From an uncultured Acidobacteriota bacterium (lineage in GTDB: Bacteria > Acidobacteriota > UBA6911): a stretch of DNA of 64,000 nucleotides. The notes under the pieces were generated by a model. It saw only the letters and a program-made list of their open reading frames with translations. It ran no database searches and was not told the origin of the DNA. Every line of letters starts with the position of its first letter. Within the stretch, counting starts at the first letter, position 1. The stretch is from positions 170,732 through 234,731 of the forward strand of contig CAWEJX010000015.1 in the NCBI GenBank assembly GCA_963809485.1. The letters run 5' to 3'. Both the position numbers and the translations under genes were made by a program. Below, in pieces: positions 1 through 9,615 of this stretch.

Positions 1-857
1 CTGTTAATTTTGAATTGGCGACAGCCGATTCTACAAATATTGAAACGCAATTGCTGCGCACCGAACTCCTCAGCGGAATCCCCTTTTTCCACCGAATGCT
101 TCTCAACGTACCCTGGATGACGAAGCTGCAGCTTTTTGTTCAGCAGGCAGCGGTTGAAACCACAGTCGGAATGCTTTTGACGATCTCCTTCCTTTGCGGG
201 TGGTTTGTTTTTCTCATTGTCTTGCTCCTTGCCGTACCGGCAGTCCTGGCCCTGATCCTTGGAATTGCCGCCTTCTGCGTGCCGTTTCTCGTAATTGCAG
301 TTAAAAGACAAAAACGCTTTTTCAGGTTTGAAGAAATATTCCCTGATGCCATCGATCTTCTGGGCCGCGCAGTTCGCGCCGGGCACGCATTTACCACAGG
401 TCTTGATCTCATCGCCAAGGAGATGCCTTCTCCGGTATCGGATGAATTCAGCCGCACATATACCGAACAGAATCTGGGCCTTCCTCTGCGGGACGCGCTT
501 GAGAACTTGATGCGACGCATGCCGCTCCCCGATGTAAGGATTTTCGTCACGGCTTTGATGATTCAGAGAGACTCCGGCGGCAATCTCGCGGAGATTCTCG
601 ACAACCTGTCTCATGTTATACGAGAGCGTTTCAAACTTATGCGACAGGTCAGGGTCTACACAGCGCAAGGCCGTCTGTCTCTTTACCTTCTGTTAGCCAT
701 TCCCCCATTTATGGGAATTGCGATGTATTTCCTAAACCGGCAATATATCACGCTGCTTTTTACAGATCCGCTTGGACTTAGGTTTCTGACAGTCGGAATC
801 ATACTTCAGGTCATCGGTTATTTTGTTCTTCGCAAGGTTATACAGCCGAAAATTTAG
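1..857 (+). CDS. tadB: Tad pilus assembly protein TadB (T2SS F family), 5'-truncated by window
   Basis: FPDAIDLLGRAVRAGH...QRDSGGNLAEILD motifs, C-terminal TM helices, directly upstream of tadC; the frame is open to the window edge. Confidence 0.9.
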   Translation, partial: VNFELATADSTNIETQLLRTELLSGIPFFHRMLLNVPWMTKLQLFVQQAAVETTVGMLLTISFLCGWFVFLIVLLLAVPAVLALILGIAAFCVPFLVIAVKRQKRFFRFEEIFPDAIDLLGRAVRAGHAFTTGLDLIAKEMPSPVSDEFSRTYTEQNLGLPLRDALENLMRRMPLPDVRIFVTALMIQRDSGGNLAEILDNLSHVIRERFKLMRQVRVYTAQGRLSLYLLLAIPPFMGIAMYFLNRQYITLLFTDPLGLRFLTVGIILQVIGYFVLRKVIQPKI

Positions 858-869
858 GGGCTTGAAATC

Positions 870-1787
870 ATGGATATCAGGTGGATTTTTGCTCTCAGCG
901 CAGTTTTTCTTTTCGCGGCGGTCTTTGTCTCGGGCTACGCCCTGCTGATGACCCGGCCCAATGTCGAAGAGCGTCTTCGTGGAACCCCGCATGTCAAAAA
1001 GCGCTTCGATTTGATGAACCTGGTAAGGCATTCGGAAAAAGTCCTGAAGCCCCTGGGGGAAATGCTGCCGAGATCACCCGAAGAGATGACGCGGCAGGAA
1101 AGGAGACTTACATCTGCCGGCATCCGAAGAAGGGATGGTCCATATATTCTATACGGCGTCAAGATAGCGCTTGTTGTGGTGCTCTTCATCCTTTTCACCG
1201 CGGCCTTGCCGATCCGGCTAAATGTAATGCTTTCGATTGCGCTGGCAATTCTTTTCGGGGCGCTTATCCCTGACCTGATTTTGTCGCGCCTCATCAAGAA
1301 TAGAAAGGACAGCCTGCAGCGAGCCCTGCCGGATGCCTTGGATCTGGCAGTCGTCTCCGTGGAAGCGGGATTAGGCCTGGACCAATCGCTGGTTAGAATC
1401 GGGCAGGAACTTAGGAACGTTTACCCATCTTTGAGCGACGAGTTGAACCTGTACAGTCTGGAAGTCAATGCCGGGAGGAAGCGAGCGGAAGCCCTGCGAA
1501 ACCTGGGGCAACGAACGGATGTGGATGACCTAAAATCATTTGTGACCGTCCTTATTCAAACGGACCGCTTCGGCACCAGTGTGGCGCAATCTCTCAGGGT
1601 TTTTGCCGACAGCATGCGTACTAAACGGAGACAACGCGCGGAAGAGCATGCTGCTAAGATGAGCATCAAGATGATTCCACCGCTGGTTTTCTTCATTTTC
1701 CCCGCCATATTCATTGTGGTGCTGGGCCCAGCGGTGATATCGATTATCCGGAATCTGCTTCCCAATCTTGGCGGCGGAGCGCCCTAA
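870..1787 (+). CDS. tadC: Tad pilus assembly protein TadC (T2SS F family)
   Basis: LPDALDLAVVSVEAGLGLDQ, QTDRFGTSVAQSLR and KMIPPLVFFIFPA motifs. Confidence 0.9.
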   Translation: MDIRWIFALSAVFLFAAVFVSGYALLMTRPNVEERLRGTPHVKKRFDLMNLVRHSEKVLKPLGEMLPRSPEEMTRQERRLTSAGIRRRDGPYILYGVKIALVVVLFILFTAALPIRLNVMLSIALAILFGALIPDLILSRLIKNRKDSLQRALPDALDLAVVSVEAGLGLDQSLVRIGQELRNVYPSLSDELNLYSLEVNAGRKRAEALRNLGQRTDVDDLKSFVTVLIQTDRFGTSVAQSLRVFADSMRTKRRQRAEEHAAKMSIKMIPPLVFFIFPAIFIVVLGPAVISIIRNLLPNLGGGAP

Positions 1788-1803
1788 CCAAAGGAGTGTG
1801 TTC

Positions 1804-1896
1804 ATGAATACAGTTCAGATTATTTCGGCAATCCTTGCGGTCATCGTTCTGGTGATTCTCATTCAACGCCTTCGCTCGCGGCGCACAAAACCTTAA
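1804..1896 (+). CDS. Small 30-aa single-TM peptide MNTVQIISAILAVIVLVILIQRLRSRRTKP
   Basis: Translated by hand; AAGGAG RBS upstream of the ATG; fills the tadC-DUF192 gap; hydrophobic helix followed by a basic tail. Confidence 0.7.
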   Translation: MNTVQIISAILAVIVLVILIQRLRSRRTKP

Positions 1897-1903
1897 ATCA
1901 AGC

Positions 1904-2293
1904 GTGCAGCGAGAATATTACTCGGTTCTGAACAAGACTAAGGGGAGTCGGATAGCTTCAAAGACCGAAGCGGCAGATTCCGCATTTGGGCGCATAAAGG
2001 GCCTTATCGGCCGGTTGCCTGAACAGTTTCCCCAGGGCAGGGGAATTTGGATTTTGCCCTGCAACGGGATCCATACGTTCGGAATGCGGTTTCCTATAGA
2101 CGTGGCCTATTTGGACTCCCGGAAACGTGTGGTACTCATTTATCACGCGCTGGTTCCCTATCGAATTGCCCGCCTGATGTTTAAGGCAAAAAGCGTTCTT
2201 GAGCTTCCGGCAGGAACCCTCGAATCCACGCATACTCAGCTAGGGGATGAGCTGGAATTCCGCTTGGTGCCAAGTGAAGAAAGTACAATGTAA
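1904..2293 (+). CDS. DUF192 family protein
   Basis: GL..R...G..I.PCNGIHTFGMRFPIDVAYLD...VLELPAG pattern; often found near tad loci. Confidence 0.85.
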   Translation: MQREYYSVLNKTKGSRIASKTEAADSAFGRIKGLIGRLPEQFPQGRGIWILPCNGIHTFGMRFPIDVAYLDSRKRVVLIYHALVPYRIARLMFKAKSVLELPAGTLESTHTQLGDELEFRLVPSEESTM

Positions 2294-2583
2294 TGTATAT
2301 ACATATTCAATGGATCGATCTCCTGCTAACATTAGCGGTGGCTGTCGTTTGCGGGTTCCTGGGCCTGGTAACCAGCAAGCACTACCGAGGAGCATGGTTC
2401 GTAAATATAGGCGTTGGATTTCTGGGAGCATTGGCAGGATTTGCTGTTTCCCGCTCATTTCCGGTTCCCAATGTTTATATACTGGAGATCGGCATCCACC
2501 GCTATCCCATTACCTGGGCAGTCATCGGTTCGGTTTTATTCGTAGCGGCACTGGGATTTTTTATAAAGCCTTCCCGGCATTAA
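2293..2583 (+). CDS. GlsB/YeaQ/YmgE-like (transglycosylase-associated) small membrane protein
   Basis: Three TM segments, NIGVGFLGA and AVIGSVLF motifs; TAATG coupling to the upstream gene. Confidence 0.7.
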   Translation: MYIHIQWIDLLLTLAVAVVCGFLGLVTSKHYRGAWFVNIGVGFLGALAGFAVSRSFPVPNVYILEIGIHRYPITWAVIGSVLFVAALGFFIKPSRH

Positions 2584-2649
2584 ATCAAAAGAGCGACAGG
2601 CAGATAAAAGCTTTCCTTGGCATTGGATATTTGAGAAAGAAGCCCAAAA

Positions 2650-3930
2650 ATGCAACAGCTTACGCAAAACGGCAAACAAGCGGCAGTGTTTGATGAGCAG
2701 ACTCTTTCCCCGATCATGCCGGAATTGCCGGAAGAAACCGGGCTGGATTTTGCTTTCCTCGCCGACCTTGCACTTAAGGCTGTTGCTTCCGACACGAACT
2801 GCACTTCGGAACGAATGGCGGATAAACTCAAGCTTCCGATGGGCATTTCCGAGTCCGTTCTTCAGTATTTGTATCGCGAGAAATATATCGACATCCTGGA
2901 ACGATCCGGAGTCCAAAGGAATAAATATGCCATGCTGGATCGTGGATGGGAAAAAGCTCAGCGGCTATTGAGCGTCTGCGGCTATGTCGGCGCTGCGCCT
3001 GTTAACCTCGATACCTACTCTGCCGGCGTCCGGTGGATGCATAAAAATACTGCGAAGGCCGATCCTGCAAATGTCGCGAAAGCCTACGCGGAGCTTGTCC
3101 TTTCTGATCGCGAACTGCAAACACTTGGTCTGATAGCGGATTCACGCCGAAGCTTGTTCCTGACCGGCCCTACCGGCTGCGGGAAGACGACGGCAGCCAA
3201 AGCACTCCATGCAGCGCTTGAAGGAGATATTTGGGTTCCCTATGCTATCGAAGTAGATAACCACGTGATCCGGGTATGCGATCTGCACGTTCATCATGCC
3301 GTGGATCAGCCCGATGGGCGCTATGACAGGCGGTGGGTCAAGGTAAAACGGCCACTGGTTATAGTGGGCGGTGAGATGTCTATAGAATCGATGGATTTGA
3401 TTTTCGCTGCCAACGTTAATTACTATGATGCCCCGTTCCAGGTTAAGGCAAATGGCGGCGTTTTGATCATTGATGATTTTGGCCGGCAGCGGATGGAACC
3501 TCACGATCTGCTGAACCGATGGATTGTTCCGCTCGAAAACCACGTGGATTATTTAACGTTGCATACCGGCAAAAAGATTGAAGTGCCGTTCGAGCAGTTG
3601 CTGGTTTTTGCCACAAACCTGAATCCAAAGGATCTTGTGGATGAAGCATTTTTAAGACGCATGGGTTACAGGCTGGCGTTTACGACACCCACTGCTGAAA
3701 TCTATTCGCTGATCCTTCAGCGCTACATGGCAGCGCGCGGACTTAATTACAGGCCGGACCTGCTTTTCCTGCTCCTGGCGCGCTATGAACGCGAGAGCCG
3801 GACGATGAAAGCTTGCGAACCCAGGGATCTTATCGAGAGATGCCTGGATATCTGCAGATATGAAAACCGTCCCAGAGAAATCACCCCCGAAATCCTAGGC
3901 CGCGCCTGGGACAATTACTTCGGCGTTTAA
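2650..3930 (+). CDS. AAA+ family ATPase with N-terminal HTH-like region
   Basis: Walker A GPTGCGKT, Walker B LIIDDFGRQ, sensor FATN, EAFLRR arginine finger. Confidence 0.8.
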   Translation: MQQLTQNGKQAAVFDEQTLSPIMPELPEETGLDFAFLADLALKAVASDTNCTSERMADKLKLPMGISESVLQYLYREKYIDILERSGVQRNKYAMLDRGWEKAQRLLSVCGYVGAAPVNLDTYSAGVRWMHKNTAKADPANVAKAYAELVLSDRELQTLGLIADSRRSLFLTGPTGCGKTTAAKALHAALEGDIWVPYAIEVDNHVIRVCDLHVHHAVDQPDGRYDRRWVKVKRPLVIVGGEMSIESMDLIFAANVNYYDAPFQVKANGGVLIIDDFGRQRMEPHDLLNRWIVPLENHVDYLTLHTGKKIEVPFEQLLVFATNLNPKDLVDEAFLRRMGYRLAFTTPTAEIYSLILQRYMAARGLNYRPDLLFLLLARYERESRTMKACEPRDLIERCLDICRYENRPREITPEILGRAWDNYFGV

Positions 3931-4018
3931 AAACAATTTCCACAATATAACCGCAGTTCGCAGCTTTCCTCGTGAGGGCGTCTCTCCATCACGGTCCTCA
4001 TCCGGAATCATGCTCATT

Positions 4019-4147
4019 TTATTTGCGGGTATTGGCCTCTATCTGCTCCAGAATTTTCTGGAGTCTATTGGTCTTGCGAATGTAGATTATGGGGAAGTAT
4101 ATGGAAAGGCACGCGATAATGATCACGCAGGCAAACAGAATTTGCAT
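4019..4147 (-). CDS. Small 42-aa single-TM protein
   Basis: GGAGGAGG RBS before the ATG at 4147; MQILFACVIIIACLSIYFPIIY hydrophobic segment plus basic/coiled tail. Confidence 0.55.
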   Translation of the reverse strand: MQILFACVIIIACLSIYFPIIYIRKTNRLQKILEQIEANTRK

Positions 4148-4229
4148 GGAATCCTCCTCCCAAAAAATAGATTTCGACATCATCATACACAAATACAGCC
4201 AGGAATCAATATCAGCCCAAGCCAAGTTG

Positions 4230-4330
4230 TTTAACGCTGACATACGCTGACGCTGGCTGACGAACGCTGAAAAAATACATATTTTTTGTCAGCGTATGTC
4301 AGCTTATGTCCGCGTGTGTCAGCGTTAAAA
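4230..4330. repeat. Palindromic element of 10-bp ACGCTGAC-type units (both arms present)
   Basis: TTAACGCTGAC... x4, AT-rich loop, ...GTCAGCGTTAA x4; related half-copies at 50753, 59681 and 63361. Confidence 0.8.
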
Positions 4331-4335
4331 GTGGG

Positions 4336-6447
4336 TTAGCTGGCTTCCTGGGCGAAGCTGAAGTTCAGGACGTTGCTTTCGAAGGCCATCAGCCAGGGGA
4401 GTTGGCCGGATAAGAGGACCTCAATTGCTGCGGGTTCCATCGGTTTGGCAAAGTAATACCCTTGCCCGTATTCACACTTGAGCGTCTGAAGCATGCGCAG
4501 CTGTACCAGGTTCTCGATGCCTTCGGCGATGATTTCCATCTGCATGCTCTTGCCCAGTCCCACAATCGCCTGCGTGATCTTCCAGGTCTCGTCATTCAGT
4601 CCCAGGTTGCCGACGAAGGACTTGTCGATTTTCAGGCTGTCAATCGGAAACCGGTGCAGGTAGCTCAACGACGAGTAGCCCGTGCCGAAGTCATCCATGT
4701 GCAGTTGAATATCCATCGCCTGGATCTGTGCAAGCGTCTTGGAAACGACTTCCGTGTTTTCCATCAATGCGCTTTCAATAATCTCCAGGCAAAGGCTGTT
4801 GGGCACAATTCCGGAACGCTCCAGGATTTTCTGCAGGTCCTTGACCAGCTCTTCACTCGCATAGTGCTGCGGACAAAGATTTACATTCAGCATTAGAGGA
4901 TCTTTGTACATCTGCTGCCATTTGGCCATCTGCATGCAGGCTTCAAGCAGAACCCAGCGTTCGAGCGTAATGAGAAGGCCTGTGGATTCGGCGACGTTCA
5001 GAAAATCCTTGGGATACGTCAATCCGCCCGGCCGCTGCCAGCGCAGCAGCGTTTCGACCCCCGCCATTCTCCCGGTCTTCAAATTCACAATCGGCTGATA
5101 GTGAAGCCTGAATTCCTTCTGGTCCAGCGCTTTGCGGAAATCCGTTTCCAATTTGAGCCGCGCAACCGCGCTGGCCCTCATGTTGCAATCAAAGATCTCA
5201 AACCGGCACCTGGACTCATTCTTTGCCCGGTGCAAGGCCGTATAGGCATCGCGTATCAAATCCTCCGCGCAGGCATATTCCCCATTGTTGAGCGTGATGC
5301 CGATATGAGCCGTCACATACACGGTCTGCCCTTCAAGCTGGAAGGCTTGATTCAGCGCATGCAGCAGACGGGCAACCACGATGGTGGCCTGCCTGCCGTC
5401 TGCCACATCTTCCAGGAGCAGCACAAAATCGTCGTTTCCGAAATGCGCCACGGTGTCGTTCGAGGACAGGGTTGACTGAATCTTGCGCGCAATCTGGCAC
5501 AGCAGCCGGTCCGCCGAAACGTGTCCCATGCTCGACGCAATCGCCTTCATTCCGTCGAGTTCCACTGCGGCAACGCCGAAAGCCGATCCCTTCGGCCGGG
5601 TGTGTTTCAGCGCCCGCTCCATCCGATCCAGCAGCAATACACGATTCGGCAGACCGGTCAGCGGATTGTATACTTTACGATCGGTAATGTCGGTCTGCGA
5701 TCCCGCAATCCGCGTGGCCTTGCCGTTTTCATCGCGCTGCGCAAGCCCCCGGCACAATACCCACCGGTAGGCTCCGTCGGCATCCGCGATACGGTATTCG
5801 CTCTCGAAATGGCTCGTCAGCCCCGCAATATGCTGGTTGATCCTCTTCTCCACCTGCTCCTTGTCGGCCGGGTGAATCCTGTTGAACCAATCCATGGGGG
5901 AACTGCCGATCTGGCCATCCGAATACCCGAGCATCGATTTCCATCGAGGCGAAAAATAGATCTCCTTGGCCTTCACATTCCAGTCCCAGAGCCCGTCATT
6001 GGCGCCCTGGATTGCCAGCGAATAGCGTTCTTCGCTCAAACGCAGCCTCTTTTCCATGCGGTGCTTGTAAAGTGCGATTTCTATGTGGCTGTGCAGTTCC
6101 CTTTCCTCAAACGGCTTGATCATGTAGCCGAAGGGTTCCGTAACCTTTGCACGCTCGAGCGTCTTTTCATCAGCGCACGCCGTAAGGAAAATCACCGGGA
6201 TGTCCAGGCAGGAATGTATGGCCTCAGCCGTCTGGACTCCGTCCATGTTCCCCTTCAGCATGATGTCCATCAGCACCAGGTCCGGCCGGCCAGCTTTCAC
6301 CTTTTCTATGGCATCAGCGCCTGTGGCTGCCGTGCCCACCACTTCATAGCCAAGGATTTTCAGGCTGTTCGCGAGGTCCAGCGCGACTATGGTCTCGTCC
6401 TCGACCACGAATATTCGGATTGGCGTTTTTTTCATCTGTTGGGTCAT
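4336..6447 (-). CDS. REC-PAS-GGDEF-EAL response regulator, probable c-di-GMP phosphodiesterase
   Basis: VVEDE/LVLMDI receiver; PAS (FSPRWKSMLGY); degenerate GGDEF (FGNDDF); EAL domain (ETLLRW, DDFGTGYSSL); start chosen at MTQQ. Confidence 0.88.
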   Translation of the reverse strand: MTQQMKKTPIRIFVVEDETIVALDLANSLKILGYEVVGTAATGADAIEKVKAGRPDLVLMDIMLKGNMDGVQTAEAIHSCLDIPVIFLTACADEKTLERAKVTEPFGYMIKPFEERELHSHIEIALYKHRMEKRLRLSEERYSLAIQGANDGLWDWNVKAKEIYFSPRWKSMLGYSDGQIGSSPMDWFNRIHPADKEQVEKRINQHIAGLTSHFESEYRIADADGAYRWVLCRGLAQRDENGKATRIAGSQTDITDRKVYNPLTGLPNRVLLLDRMERALKHTRPKGSAFGVAAVELDGMKAIASSMGHVSADRLLCQIARKIQSTLSSNDTVAHFGNDDFVLLLEDVADGRQATIVVARLLHALNQAFQLEGQTVYVTAHIGITLNNGEYACAEDLIRDAYTALHRAKNESRCRFEIFDCNMRASAVARLKLETDFRKALDQKEFRLHYQPIVNLKTGRMAGVETLLRWQRPGGLTYPKDFLNVAESTGLLITLERWVLLEACMQMAKWQQMYKDPLMLNVNLCPQHYASEELVKDLQKILERSGIVPNSLCLEIIESALMENTEVVSKTLAQIQAMDIQLHMDDFGTGYSSLSYLHRFPIDSLKIDKSFVGNLGLNDETWKITQAIVGLGKSMQMEIIAEGIENLVQLRMLQTLKCEYGQGYYFAKPMEPAAIEVLLSGQLPWLMAFESNVLNFSFAQEAS

Positions 6448-6455
6448 GGAAACAC

Positions 6456-9389
6456 TCAATTTTTGGCGTCCGGGATGCCGATTTCGCAAATAAAGCCGTT
6501 CTGGTTGCGGTACCGGATCGTTCCGCCCAACTGCTCGGTCAGGCTGCGAACCAGTTTTAGGCCGAGAGAATCGCTTGCTTCGGGATCCCCTCCTTCCAAA
6601 AATCCGACACCGCTGTCACGGACTACAAGTTTCAGCCCCTGACCGTCTACGGCGCCAAACTGAACCTTGATTTCCCCACCCTCTCCTTCGGGAAACGCAT
6701 ACTTAAATGCGTTGGAAACCAGTTCATTGATGATCAGTCCGCATGGGATAGCAACATCGAGGTTCATCGGTACCGGATCCACCTCCAGGTTCAGGCGAAC
6801 GGTGGCGGCATCCACCCGGTAGGAGCGCGACAGGTGGCCTGTCAGGCTGCGCACATATCCCGCAAAGTCTATCTTGGCAAGGTCGCTGGACTGGTACAGC
6901 CGCTCGTGAATCAAGGCCATCGCTTTGACCCGGTCCTGGCTTTCCCGGAATTTCTGGCTTGCCTTGGGATCTTCAATTTCCGCACTCTGAAGATTCAGAA
7001 GGCTGGAGATGATTTGCAGGTTGTTCTTGACGCGGTGGTGTATCTCCTTGAGCAGAACTTCCTTTTCCTTCAGCGAAGACTTGATCTGCTCCTCCGCCTG
7101 CCTGGAGTCGGTAATATCGCGATATTGCCACAAATGATAGTGGGTTCCTTCATCCACCGAAAGCGGAACATAGTTGCGCAGAAATATCCGATTCTGCCAT
7201 TCAATTTCCTCGCCCAACACCGGCGTTTTTGCTTTGATGATGCCCTCCATGCGCGAAGCAAACTGGGCGGTTTGGGCAAAGAGCAGGCGGGAATCGACAC
7301 CGAAAAGCGCTTGCGGGGGCACGGGAATCTTAAATGTATCGGCGAAGGGCTGGTTCACATGCGTGATCCTGCGCGCTTCATCCTCAACCAGGACACCCGA
7401 TTGCAGGTGGTTGATCAGGCTGGAGAGCATGGTCGTCGCCGTGCGCAGCCGATCCTCAGCCTGCTTTTGTTTTGTGATATCCTCCGCAATTCCCACAATT
7501 CTGTATACAGCTCCAGCTTCGTCGCGCACCGGGAAGGCCCGGTCATGGACCCATCGAATGGATCCATCGGGCCGCACCACCCTGTACTCTTCGTCGTATT
7601 CGCCCCAACCCTGTTTCACCAGGGCTTCGGAAACCCGCGTCTGATCCTCTTTGTGAATGGCGCGCAGCCACGATCCGGGATCCCGTTGCAGGCTTGTGGT
7701 GCTCGCTCCCCAGATTTCCTCATATCCCGGGCTTACATACTGCTTAGTACGCCCGTCGGGCGACGAGATCCAGAAAACGGCCTGAATATTTCCCGTGAGC
7801 TGCCGGAACTGCTGTTCCACGCGGACACTTGCGATCAGCGTTCCAAGGATCTGCCCAGCCATCTTCAGACCATCCACTTCGGAATCCAGCCAGTCCCTGT
7901 CAATGAAGCACTGTTCCAGGCCCAGGCAACCCCACCATTGATGGTCCACAAACATGGGGATGATAACGCCCGAGCGTATGCCCAGGGTTTGCAGCATTTC
8001 CTGCCGTTTGCGCGGGCATTCACCGGTCTGGAAAAGATAGGGGTGCCCTGTCGACAATCCACTGGCGCTTTCTTCTATCATCTGTCCGCGCAGCAAATTC
8101 AGCATCCGCTGATCATTCTGATCCGTCGTAAGCCCAGGATTCGTCCATTCGTATAAGCAAGCATTTCCGATCTGGCCGCCGAGCCGGTCGATGCGGTTGT
8201 CGATCAGAAATACGCGCGTCACTCCGGTGGCCTCACCCAGCTTTGCCGTTATTTCCCGGACACCGGCTTCCCAACCGGTCTTCCCGAGAAACTGCTGGGC
8301 AGCATGCCCTACTGCGTCGAGGATCGCGTCTCTGCGCTTCATCTGCCATTCGGTTCCCCTGGTCTGGGTGACACCCACCGCGATTCCATAGGCATTGAGT
8401 GAAGCGATGACAAGAATTCCCAGCAGAACTTGTGCCAAATCCAGCGCCAGATCCGCCCGGAGAAAGACGGCAATAGTGGTCCCCATTAACAGAGGCGCGG
8501 CCACCGACGCTCCTTCAATTCCGCGTCGAACAGAGGCCCAAACAAGAGGAGTGGAAAGAAGCACAAACATCAAAAGCTTTTCGGATACGAATCCTTGAAA
8601 AATGAGATAAAGAGCCAGTATGGTCAGACAGACGAAAGAAAGCGCAAAAACGGTATCCTGCCTGTTCGCACCGAGCGGCTGAAGGTTCCGGATCAGGGAC
8701 TCTTTGTCAACCCTAATTCCGAATAATGCCGTCTCAAGCCGTGGAGCCAGATGAACCACCACAAGCGGAGTGAGCATGTAAATACCGGCTGCGAAGCCGA
8801 CCGCGTGAATCCGCAACTGTTCCAGGAAGAGGCTCAGTTGGAATGGCTGGCCCATGATGGCATAGCCTGCCGAAGCCGCACCAAGCATCAGTGAGCCAAA
8901 CGATCCGATAATCATGAACTTCGCCAGATCCCAACCGTTTTTCAGCGAGATTCGATGCCCGGAAGACAGATGCCGGAGACCCGCTGCGGCGGAAATTTCC
9001 AGCAGCGCAACACCCAGGCAGCATAGCAATGCTATTGGAACCGGCAATTTTAGCGGGTGCAGCCAGAGGCCATCCGCTGCGATGGCAAGGACAACTGCAG
9101 GCGCATACCAGAGGCCATACGCCAGAAGCAACCCGAGGTTCAGGCCTGCCGTCAGGCTGAATTCGCCGAACAAACCGTATATGCCCGTAGTCCGGACGCC
9201 CCATTCCAGGGCCATATATGCAAACAGATAAAATACGCAAGGCACGAGCGGGCGCAGGCTGTATCCGAACCGCGGGACAAGGCTGAATTCGCCCCTCAGT
9301 TCTCCAGCTTCGACTTTTGTGGCTTCTTCCATAGGTATCCGAAGAAAACAGGTGTATTCCATTTTCTTATCGGTCAGTCGGCCGTTCAA
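6456..9389 (-). CDS. Membrane sensor histidine kinase (MASE1-like, GAF, PAS, HisKA_2, HATPase)
   Basis: Multi-TM N-terminus; KEIHHRVKNNLQ H-box; NELVSNAFKYAF, DSGVG and SLGLKLV boxes; exact start uncertain. Confidence 0.88.
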   Translation of the reverse strand: MNGRLTDKKMEYTCFLRIPMEEATKVEAGELRGEFSLVPRFGYSLRPLVPCVFYLFAYMALEWGVRTTGIYGLFGEFSLTAGLNLGLLLAYGLWYAPAVVLAIAADGLWLHPLKLPVPIALLCCLGVALLEISAAAGLRHLSSGHRISLKNGWDLAKFMIIGSFGSLMLGAASAGYAIMGQPFQLSLFLEQLRIHAVGFAAGIYMLTPLVVVHLAPRLETALFGIRVDKESLIRNLQPLGANRQDTVFALSFVCLTILALYLIFQGFVSEKLLMFVLLSTPLVWASVRRGIEGASVAAPLLMGTTIAVFLRADLALDLAQVLLGILVIASLNAYGIAVGVTQTRGTEWQMKRRDAILDAVGHAAQQFLGKTGWEAGVREITAKLGEATGVTRVFLIDNRIDRLGGQIGNACLYEWTNPGLTTDQNDQRMLNLLRGQMIEESASGLSTGHPYLFQTGECPRKRQEMLQTLGIRSGVIIPMFVDHQWWGCLGLEQCFIDRDWLDSEVDGLKMAGQILGTLIASVRVEQQFRQLTGNIQAVFWISSPDGRTKQYVSPGYEEIWGASTTSLQRDPGSWLRAIHKEDQTRVSEALVKQGWGEYDEEYRVVRPDGSIRWVHDRAFPVRDEAGAVYRIVGIAEDITKQKQAEDRLRTATTMLSSLINHLQSGVLVEDEARRITHVNQPFADTFKIPVPPQALFGVDSRLLFAQTAQFASRMEGIIKAKTPVLGEEIEWQNRIFLRNYVPLSVDEGTHYHLWQYRDITDSRQAEEQIKSSLKEKEVLLKEIHHRVKNNLQIISSLLNLQSAEIEDPKASQKFRESQDRVKAMALIHERLYQSSDLAKIDFAGYVRSLTGHLSRSYRVDAATVRLNLEVDPVPMNLDVAIPCGLIINELVSNAFKYAFPEGEGGEIKVQFGAVDGQGLKLVVRDSGVGFLEGGDPEASDSLGLKLVRSLTEQLGGTIRYRNQNGFICEIGIPDAKN

Positions 9390-9615
9390 CTATAGTGTTT
9401 GGAATCACAAAGCCTGCTTTTATGCTTTTATGGGGAGAGCTGACCGCCGACCAGGAAAATAGAAATATTTATTCGGGGCTTACCGCAGTCTTACTCTCAG
9501 TAAAGCCTTATGTAGCCTTTTGGCGACAATGCTGTGAACCGATTAGAGGGCAGGCATTTAAAGCGGGAATCCCCAAGCCTTTCAGCGGATGGACAATAAC
9601 ATCATGCTGTCGGCG

